Below, one piece after another: positions 35,779 to 46,900 of a stretch of DNA of 64,000 nucleotides. Within the stretch, counting starts at the first letter, position 1. Every line of letters begins with the position of its first letter. Origin of the DNA: Macrostomum lignano (taxonomy: Eukaryota); the NCBI GenBank assembly GCA_002269645.1, contig NIVC01000312.1, positions 434,001-498,000 on the forward strand, read 5' to 3'. A program made the position numbers and the translations under genes. Below the pieces are notes generated by a model, which saw only the letters and a list, made by a program, of their open reading frames with translations, was not told the DNA's origin and did not search any database.

Positions 35779-37346
35779 TGTGGGATTGCATCAAAAAGAT
35801 TTTAGCACAAAAACCCATCCGCAAGTCAGTACCCACAATTACTTAGGCTAGTTTGAAATGCGAAAATAAAATGCTCTCGAAAATATCTTACATCGGGTGC
35901 CACCCATGACCTCCGGTACTCCGGAGTACCAACAGTGACCGACTTGACTGGGAAAGGTGACCTGACCAGCAGATAGCTGATAAGCTCTCTGGGACAGCTC
36001 AGCAGCATTCTGTTCCCTTCGGTGTTTGCGTGCTGGCACTGCACCCTGGTGTTGGCGTCCTTGTCGCATTTCTGACTGGCTCGCACGACAAACAGAGTTA
36101 CGAATGACACGGCTAGAAGGTGACGAAATTGTAATGTTGAATACAGGAAAACCAGCTTTTCTAGTTTAAACTATGGAAAATAAGAATCATTTTTTCAACT
36201 TTTGTATGTAGACGCAACGGCTGTGCTTAATTTCATTTTCTATTCAGCCGCCATCTAGATAACGTTTGGTAAAATTTAGCACTTTTGAAGCAACTCCAGC
36301 TTCGTGTCATATTCAAAGCTCACCATCGTCAATTGCATAGGCTGTTCCATCTGCAACGAAGAATAACAGTGCGTACGGCGTGAAAGTAGATTTCTAGGAG
36401 AAAAAATCGGCTAAAAATTTAGACTTACTGGAGCACCGACCGTCGCATTTTGTAGGGCTCAGGTCGAGACAGAGCTCCCGCTCAACGGGATCCTCAAATG
36501 CTGGCGACGTCTGGCACACTGCATTGTTTCAGTTATTTAATCTACTGATGGTAGACAAAGTACCTTAAAGTCAATATTTAAAGCATCCGTCCTCCAGTCT
36601 TACCAAAGCTATCAAACTCAATTGTTACTTGGCTAGCAACCATAGCCAGGGGTAGCTCGACAGCGATTCCGGCTCCATTTTTGAAGCTACTCAGTTGGTT
36701 ACCTTCGTAAGTGACGAAGGTTTCGGCGGCTGTCATCCCAGTCAGAGCGAAGGCAAAAATCACTGCAAGCCTGCAACGTCAGGAGTCAGTCATGACATTA
36801 AAAATTAAAAGTTTTTTAGATTTCATTAATCGCACGAGCTGTGAAAAAAATTCAGTGAAGCATATGAATAGTTTTTAAGCGATATTTCTCAAAACTGTTC
36901 TAAAACGATGCGAAGTCGGAGACGTCAACAAATGCTACAGCGAGTGCCCGAAACATGAATGAAAAATTTGTACTTTTACATTTCGCCAACGTTCAGCCCA
37001 ATTTTTAAAAAAAGTACCTTAGACGGAAAAATAACAAATAATTTGCACTATTCTCAATTTTTTGTACGTCTGCGCAATGTCAAAGTACCCACTTGCCATA
37101 GACATCTATCGGCGTCGGGTACTTCAAAAATGTCCGGCGGTGTGAAATTTTGTACCGAAGCTGGACTGTGGTAATCTGCTCCTGTAGTTTAAGCAATGGA
37201 AGAAGACGAACTCGAAACGGGAAATGACTATCGAAGACGTCAAGAGTTGTCAAGAAAGTTACGTGCCCAGAGGGGCAAGGGGCACCCCATAGCCCTCATG
37301 AAATTGCGCTCCTCTATAACTGGACTGAGGTAGGGTAGGGGTAAGA

Positions 37347-37458
37347 AGCGCCCACCGAGAGACAGGGGCGCCCACCGAGAGACAGAGGCGCCCACCGAGA
37401 GACAGAGGCGCCCACCGAGAGATAGGGGCGCCTGTCGAGAGACGGAGGCGCCCACCAG
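37347..37458. repeat. 20-bp GC-rich minisatellite, about 5 copies
   Basis: Unit gagacagrggcgcccaccga; same family as 58120-58875. Confidence 0.85.
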
Positions 37459-38899
37459 AATATTGGCGCTTCTTGGGGTTGCATTCCCTCTGATTAAAGT
37501 TCCTACGTGCCGAACTGCGTCAAGAGGTTGCTTAGTGTACCTTAATGAATTAGGAAAAATATACTTACAGCATAACGGCACCAGCGCTAAGCAAAAGCAA
37601 ACTTTTATGATTTACTTTTATTTTTATGAACCCTGGCTGAAGGCAGTGAAAGTTATACCGCAAACGACGGCCTAGCCACTGCACAGAGGCCACTGCAGGC
37701 TGAAATAATGCATTTTTATACTACAGGCTACATTCGAGAGAAGGCCAGTTTCATGATGGTCCATCATCCATGCCGAGACCCAGTGGCGCTAGGGACGTCA
37801 GTCGGTTAGCTTTTTTTGACAGAAATTGTTATTAATGTTTGCTGTAAACAGAGTTGGAAATGCTGGACAGTCACAGTTGATTTTTATCGGGCAGCCATTT
37901 AACGAAGAAAAATTCACTTCAGTCTCTTTTGATGAGGCTAAAGCCTCGAGACATGACTTATCTAATGCAACGGTTCAAGCATTTATTCCAAAGAGCAATT
38001 ATGAGAATTAGACAGGGAACTTAATTGCAAGCTAAATGGCAGGCCTTGCTAGTCTGCTAATGTTATAAATTATATGCAGAGTCGACCACAATTAAAGTAA
38101 ATTAAGATAGATAGAAATTTAGCAAGTTTTGATGCATTTAATTACGCCGGTTTCAATCGATCTCTATGCCAATTTTGCATTTGATGCTTAGTGCACATTT
38201 TGCAAACGAATAATTCAAATTTTTAAACTGCACTCCTTTACTCGTAGAATAAATCATTAAATAGCTTTTTCCACAGTCTAAGAATTGGAGGATCATAAAT
38301 AAGTAAACAGTTTTCTCTCTCTTACAAAACCGTTGTGACTGTTACCACATCACTGTGACGGTTACCTCATCATGACTCATCATGACATTACAGTCATAAA
38401 AACAGTCAAACGCATCTAGCATTGATCTGCTCTGCTAAGCTGCGATTGTAGTGATAGGAAGCCCCGCTGGTGACATGCTTAACGCCGATGTCTGTAGGTT
38501 CGAAGAGTCGAAAATCCCGACGATGGTACTTAGCCAACTCATTTCCTAAACCAAAAGATGCTCGTTGTTGCACTTCTTTTCAATTTCAATTAGTCGTCGT
38601 CTGCATCTTGAGTTCACCTGCACGGCACAATGATTCGCTGCAACAAATGCCCAGTGAGAAGATGATCCAAGCTAATTAGTCCAAGGTTTTCGACTCTCCA
38701 AGACAGGTAAGATTGGTAATCAGAGTAGAACCCAGGGCCGGAGTCTGCAACAGATGGGTTTGTTATTCGAAGCCGGTTCTTGCAAAGGTGGCTAAGACCT
38801 TGATTGCTTTTTGGAGGGATAAATACCCGTTTTTTTGCGCTCCAGTCTTTCAGTCGAGTCTTTTCGCGATTTTAGTAGCAGCTACTAAAGAAGATAGAA

Positions 38900-39612
38900 A
38901 TGTCCGACATTGGCGAGCGCTCGCAAGGCGCGAATCTGAGCTTGAACTTCTCCGTAGACAGGCTGCTGAAGAAGAGCGAGCCGCCGGCCAGGATCGACTC
39001 TCCGGTGCAGCCTCTGCCGAGGGGCTGGCTTGACTGGGCTACTGGACTATCTGCGGTCAATGCCGGAGGCTCTAGCGGGGTCGCAGTTAAAAACCGCAGC
39101 CCTAGAGTGCCGTTCAGTCGCATGCAGGTGCAGATATTGGAAGCCAAGTTTCAGGACACGCTCTACCTGAGCGGACTAGAGGTTCGACAGCTGGCTCTGC
39201 TGCTCAACATTAGCGAGTCCAGGGTGAGCAAATTTCAATGAATGTATTTGCAAACACGATCTTGGGAGGCTCATTTTGTTGAAGCATTGCAAGCAAGGAT
39301 CAGTGTTAGACAAAGTTAGTCACGAGATCTGTCCACCTATTTCCATTTGACTTTATTTACTTAGCATGCATAAGCCGCAACTTTCCTTTTCAGGTGAAAA
39401 TTTGGTTCCAAAATCGGAGAGCTCGGAAGCGACGCGAAGAGGCCAGAATTTGGCGCGACAGCTTCAGAGAGGCCGCCGCTGCCGCCGCCGCTGCAGCCGC
39501 CGCCGTCACCGCCGCCTCTGCCAGCGCCCCAAGCGCTGCCGTCAATGCTAAAGACGGAACCTGCGCCAACGAATACTGCGACTGCATTGCCGCTGAGGCC
39601 TTGGACAACTAA
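38900..39612 (+). CDS. Msxlx: Msx-like (Msxlx family) ANTP-class homeobox protein, 2 exons, about 180 aa
   Basis: Exons 38900-39223 and 39394-39612 (phase 0); eh1-like FSVDRLL; homeodomain RSPRVPFSRMQVQILEAKF..TLYLS..EV..LA..L...ESR|VKIWFQNRRARKRR; poly-Ala tail. Confidence 0.85.
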
Positions 39613-39920
39613 ACCAGTGGCTTCTGTTCCTGACAAATTTTATGGGGGCGCAGTTCATGAAACATCACTTTGGAAAAGACTGTTTTATTGCTTATACAGC
39701 CGATGAACCTTAGCAATGTGATGTTAACAGAAATGAATAATTTACAAGAATGTCTGTTTACATGATAACCTCGTCTGCTGCATGTGATACTTGTACTTAT
39801 TTTGCTACCAGTCGGTTTTTGTCTGTGGAACAGAAGTTTTCAATCACCGACTTCGAATAATCTATTGAGATAATATATATATATATAAGACTCACTATTT
39901 AAGTTTATCCTTCAAAGCTT

Positions 39921-40632
<712 letters not shown>

Positions 40633-41158
40633 GGCAGTTAGTCTGACTGCCTTTTTAATGGTTCATGTCTTTTCAACTAATATGCAGCGCTCTCATTAGG
40701 CATAAAGCACAAACACTAAAAGGTTGAGACACATTCCTTTGCTGCTGCTACAGCTTTACTATGCCCTATTTCTCATACCTAAAAATAGATAAACAATAAA
40801 AAACTTACTACACAAAAAACGCGCTGCAGCCTGTATGACCCGTTCATAAACTTCATTCTAAACTTCCCTTTCTTACCTGCTGGGCGCATTTTCGCATTTT
40901 CATATTGTGGCAGCCATTTCACGGCAATCGCGGTGTTTTCAAATACAAAAGCACAGTTTTTTTCTGATATCTCGCGTCCCACCGCCAGCGGTCTCGTGCG
41001 CGCACCCTACTTTAACTTGGCGCATTCCAAAGTTGAGCTTGAAGACTGGCTGTCTACAGCTTGCCAACACACTGCGGGTTCCAGTTTAAGCCTGACTTGA
41101 CTTGACAGCTCCAGCTGCTTAGCCATTTCATTTGCACCGGTCTCACAGGCAAAAAATA

Positions 41159-41453
41159 ATGCCGAGGCTCTACAGGAAACTTTTCCACCGTCGGCGAAGT
41201 CAAGCTGACGAGGTTGCTAAGAAGAGGCATGGTTGCAAGGCTGATCCCGGATCGGATAGCAGCGACTCCTCTGTGGCTGACGGACTGGATGAGGAGTCGG
41301 CCACCCCCTGTGACACTGACCGCATGCCAGAGCAGCTAAGTGATCAACTGCAGAATGGGTCAGGTGCGAAGCCAGGGCGAAAAAAGAAGAAAAGTGAGTT
41401 GCAAACGGATAGATAGATCAATAAATAGATAGATAGATAGATAGGTAGGTAGG

Positions 41454-41535
<82 letters not shown>

Positions 41536-41540
41536 GATAA

Positions 41541-41635
<95 letters not shown>

Positions 41636-42014
41636 GATAAATAGATAGATAGATAAATAGATAGATAGATAGACAAACAGACAGATGGTTCGCCCTGTTC
41701 CCGAAGATCCCACAGAGCCGTACGTGCCGTCATGCGTCAAAGTTACTCAGCAGGCGCGGTTGAGCTGTCGCTGCTCCTGCGGCTGCAACTGCAGCTCAGA
41801 CCGCAGTTCAGAGTGGCGTCCCCCCCAGCTCAAGCTGTCCAAGTGTGCCGGCGTGTTTCCCAGCATTCTGGCCGCCGGGATGGATGGCGGCGACACGGAC
41901 GAGGACGAGAAGGCGGAGGCCGAGGAGGTGCAACACAGGCGTGACAAGCAGTGGTTCAACTTCCAGCTGGCCAACGGAACTGAGGGCAAGGGCTACCGGC
42001 TGGATCCGCGATGA
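41159..42014 (+). CDS. Putative small uncharacterised 2-exon gene; splicing and frame unresolved
   Basis: Two GC-rich coding-like blocks (41159-41393 ending AAA A|GTGAGT; 41685-42014 after CAG) separated by a GATA-filled intron; phases do not join cleanly. Confidence 0.35.
41408..41684. repeat. (GATA)n microsatellite
   Basis: Tetranucleotide run with occasional AATA/GGTA variants. Confidence 0.98.
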
Positions 42015-42119
42015 ACTGAGAATTGGCTTTAATAAGTTTGACTGATTTGCGTGGCAGCGCCATTGAAACTTCATCGAATTTATATAACATTGTAACATAC
42101 ATGTAGGATAACATTAGCC

Positions 42120-42560
42120 TATTCACCTTATTCCACTGCTCATTCACCTACTCCATTGCTCATTCACCTACTCCACTGCTCATTCACCTACTCCACTGCT
42201 TATTCACCTACTCCACTGCTCATTCACCTACTCCACTGCTCATTCACCTACTCCACTGCTCATTCACCTACTTCAATGCTCATTCACATACTCCACTGCT
42301 CATTCACCTACACCATTGCTCATTCACCTACTCCACTGCTCATTCACCTACTCCACTGCTCATTTATCTACTCCACTGCTCATTCACCTACTCCACTGCT
42401 CATTTATCTACTCCACTGCTCATTCACCTACTCCACTGCTCATTCACCTACTCCACTGCTCATTCACCTACTCCACTGCTCATTCACCTACTCCACTGCT
42501 CATTCGCCTACTCCACTGCTCATTCACCTACTTCAATGCTCATTCACCCACTTCACTACC
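42120..42560. repeat. 20-bp minisatellite, about 22 copies
   Basis: Unit ctcattcacctactccactg. Confidence 0.95.
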
Positions 42561-43945
42561 CCACCTACTAGTAGTTTCCTATTCTTCATTTCATGGCAAG
42601 AGAACCCGCTGTAATAAGCTTTCCTTAACACTTAAAGCGATATTCTACACCGGGACACTTAAACAACTACACTTCTCGTGACCTGCTCAAACAGAAACGA
42701 ACAGTTAGTTTGCGAAGCTTTTAGCCCCAAGTCTTGATCGTGTTTTCATTAACTTACTTTTTTGATATTTTGGTCACGTTCTTTAGGCATCGATCAACTG
42801 TGTCAACTTAGTTTATTCTCTTGCAAATTATCAATATAAACTTGCTACTGATGCTGGACATCATCTTATGATCCTACTTATAAAATTGAAGCGTTTGTTC
42901 GGTACTGCTTGTACTTTTTTGCATTAGCCACCACGCTTGCGAGACTGGCTCCCTTAGCCTGCAAAGGAAATGAACCGAATGAGACAGTAATTCGGGAAGC
43001 TAATGGAAATTTAGCAAGTATATCGAGTGCTGCATAGATGGAGGTGCCACCAGATAAAATGTCATGAGAGGCTCCCAGTTGGCTTGTATTTTCGCTTTCA
43101 AGCAACTGTCGATGCTTTTTCTGCTTTGAGTAAATGTATGCCCGCGAACTTATCTGATGTTGGAAGAAAAAAATGAAAAAAAGTCCTGACTTTGAAACTT
43201 TGTTTTTCTTAATAGATTTTACAGAATGATTTGCTAAATCGTACAGTGCAACCTGGAGTTTCCACCGCTTTCTAATATCCAGAACTTGGCTTAAAAGTGC
43301 AAAACTTTCTGGTTAGAGCGACTGGAAGGGGAGATTTTTTGGTCCAGAGAGCAACTTCCTCGCCATCCCGAAAAAAATGTCTGTGTTTATTCGGTAAAAC
43401 ATGAAAATATACTCGGCAAGGGCTGAGTCTCCCTGACGGCGAGGTGAATTAATTATATGATTTTTCCCGCAGCTTTGCTCCGCAGGCTGACATTAAAAAA
43501 TTGTTGAGCAAATGGAAAGCCTCTATAGTGCAGCAAGTGAGCACTTCAGCGTCTCGCCTAGCGAAAGGAAATGCTAAGCCATTAAAGGCTCAGAGACACA
43601 GAAAACAGGCGGTTGCCATAATCGGGGCCATCTATCGATTTCGAGTCCGGATAATGCCGCCGTACAGGCAGACAGGCAACGTCCTGGCGCTGCTGGCTTT
43701 TGTAGAGGCAGCGACTGTCTTATAGAGAGCTTATTTAGCGAGAGGTCGACGGACTGTTAGGCGTCTTCAGGGTCTCGCGCGCGATCCAATAGGCTTGGGG
43801 CTGAGTTTCTTTCTCTACCAGCTATTGGTAGAAGCTCGACTTTCGGTGTTCCCCTATTTCTGAATGAAATACTCCGACAGCGGGACATTGTGCGGCCAAG
43901 AAACAAGTAAGAGAATGACTAAATTGATCAGACGGATAGATCAGA

Positions 43946-46900
43946 ATGGCCCGTCGTGGAACTCGAAAACTGTCGAAAAAAGCCAGCATGCCTAACGCAA
44001 GCGGCGCAGCAAGCAATGGAGGCAGCCTGGTGCGCGAGTGTCGCGAAGCGCTACACGATTTTGTTGCCAACTCGAGCATTCGCGGACTTAAACGGACGCT
44101 GTTCTCACCAACTAGGCTATTGCGAGTCTTCTGGACTGTGTTTCTGCTCAGTAGCTTTGTGCTGGCAATGTCTCAGGTTGGTATTGGGGAGGGTTAAACC
44201 TGGCTGCAAGATCATAACTTCTTATCATAAATGCTGTAAAACTTCGAGATGGCATGGTTGACAAGACTTTGCGGGGGTATGGAGTTATGAAAAACTTTAT
44301 GAAAATTAACTAGCAAGACAATGAGCAAACTTTACTTACAACCAACCATTCTTGAAGGTTGCCTTCCTATTGGAGAAGTATTTGAAACGCGAGACCACCG
44401 TTCAGCAGCAGAAGATCTACGGCCACCTGGAAGCCTTTCCCGCGGTGTCCTTCTGCGTGTCTGATCCGTTCTCTGACGGTGCAACGGAACTTTGGTCTAG
44501 CGGCGCCGTCGAGTCACCAAACGAATACAGTCGGAAAGTTCGCCAAGCCGCTCTGCAGCTGATGCGGGCACCAACTCGGGAAAATCAGCAGCTGCTATCG
44601 GCGCTGCTCAGACTGGATCAGAGAGAGGCCTACTTCCAGAATGTGGACAACCTGACCAACCTGATGCAGCTGGGCCACACTCAGCCGTTCTACTTCTGCG
44701 CCATCAACCCGTTTGACCATGGCCAGAAGGTGTTCAAGTACTACGACAGAAACAGTTGCAATCTGACGATGACGCGATGGCTGCATCCCATCTACCTAAA
44801 CTGCTATACGCTAAGCTTCGCCAATCGTGCATTCTCCCAGGCGCTAAAGTCCATCTTTCTGGTGTTGCCGGCTGGTCGTTCCGAGCCGCGCGACGGCTTC
44901 GGGCCGTACGAGAATGCCAGCTTCTTGCGCGACACGCTGAAAAAGTACACCACTATGCAGGTAGTGCTGCACGAGGCGAAGAAGAAGCCAAACTTTGACG
45001 AGACTGTTATGCTCACCGCTCATCAGTCGGATGTGAGTACTATCCTCATCTAATTCTGCTTAACCTAATGGCTACGTATCACTTGAAAAACGACTTATAT
45101 ATGAAACATCGAGATCATTCCGGGTCAAGCGATCAATATGTGTACTCTTAAACTTTATCAGGATTAATGCCACAAGCCTGCACGTACTGAGGTGACTAAT
45201 TTCATGTGATTCCCTCGTCGTAGCGATTTTCTCGACTTATCCCCCGGATTAGCGCCAAGTCACGATTGAGGTGAATTCAGGAAGAGTTCAGTGCGAAAGA
45301 AGGATTAAATGCATCTGAATTAAAGAAAGGGCTTCTCCGACAGAATACAGCTTTGTTTGATTGTCTTTTAAATAAGGAACGGACTGGAGAGCAAATACTC
45401 CAAATACTCCACTTGAACTGGAACAAGGATGTCGGGGACTTCCTATCGAACTGCGTGCCTTCAGCCTGCCGATTCTCGATAAGGCATGCAACGATCACGG
45501 ATGAAACAAAATTTGCGAGGTCAAGTGCAGAGAAATTTTATAGCGTGTCTAATCCGGACGAACCATCGGAATAAACATGAGCGATGCAGGATAGCAAAAA
45601 TTTGCATTTAGAGATTTCAAGTGAGCGACTATCGGCTAGACACAGCGCATGCGCAGTGGCTAAGCTCAGAGGATTATCAGTAAGAAAAAGTCACTCGCAC
45701 TTTACTAGAATGGAAGTCGGACGTCGGCCAAACGTCGATGTACGGGCGTAAAAGTACGAATTTGACAGCGACTTCCACAGAGAAGCAAGCTAACTAAAAC
45801 AAATATTATGTAAATTTTATAAGACCTCAATGCTCTCAGTCTGCAGTAATGCAACAGTAGATATGCTAAAAAGCATGCACACCTTATGTCATTAATATAA
45901 TCCTCGCTTGCACTTCCAAGACAAGCCATGTAAATTTCAGTAATAAAGACGCTGGGAAATGTAAAGAAGCAGAAAAATTGTTTGCATTTTACTGGTGTAG
46001 AGGCTAATTTTTTTTACATATTTTCCTGGCTGTAAATAAAGTGCAGTAGTGTAGTTTGCGTCTGATACACCAACTACCAGATGTAGTTATACGGAAATTT
46101 TAATAATTTTAATCCCAGAGCGAAAACAAAAACAGTAGATGCACAACTTTGGTGTTCTTTTTTAAAGCGGCACATCTATTCTTTCCAATGAATTCAGTCG
46201 TGTGTACGAGCGTATTTTGGGTCATTTCATTCAAAAGTTGTGCGTGATGCACAATAGCAATGCCACTGATTGTCTTACAGTAAAAGGTGAAGTACATACG
46301 CTCGTACACAAAACGGCTCCAATGTACAGTACATCCCTCTCTTACCGTCCACCCCTACTGTGTTGAGTATTTTTTACACTCTGTCACTTGTAAGCAAATC
46401 TCACTGTTTTGCACCTCGCGAAATTTTGCTTAGTCAAGTGTTTTGATTTTTGTGATTATTGACACCATCATGAGTGTGCAATCGAAAAGAAGTCACGGAA
46501 TGCTCAAGCGATGGTAAAAGTGTGTTGCTACAGGTGGAGACTATTTTGAGAAGTCTGCCTTGAAGTTTGATGATGATGATGAATGACTACAGATTGGTTT
46601 CTTTGAGATATTTTTAAACTTCTACTGTAAGACTATCAGTGGCATTGCGATGGTTTTTCAGGCATAACTTTTGAATGAAATGATAATAATACATGCAACT
46701 GAATTCATTGGAAAGAAGAGATGTACCGAGGTCCCGAAAGAGGTCCCCAATGGGGTAAAACCACTATTTCATGTCACTAATACAGGCACTATTAAATCGA
46801 TAAGGAGGCTTAGTAAAACAAGCAGAAGTCTTTCATCCTTTGCATTTAGATTAACGTAATCAGCTTCACGACAAGCAAGTACGTCAACAACGACTGCAGC

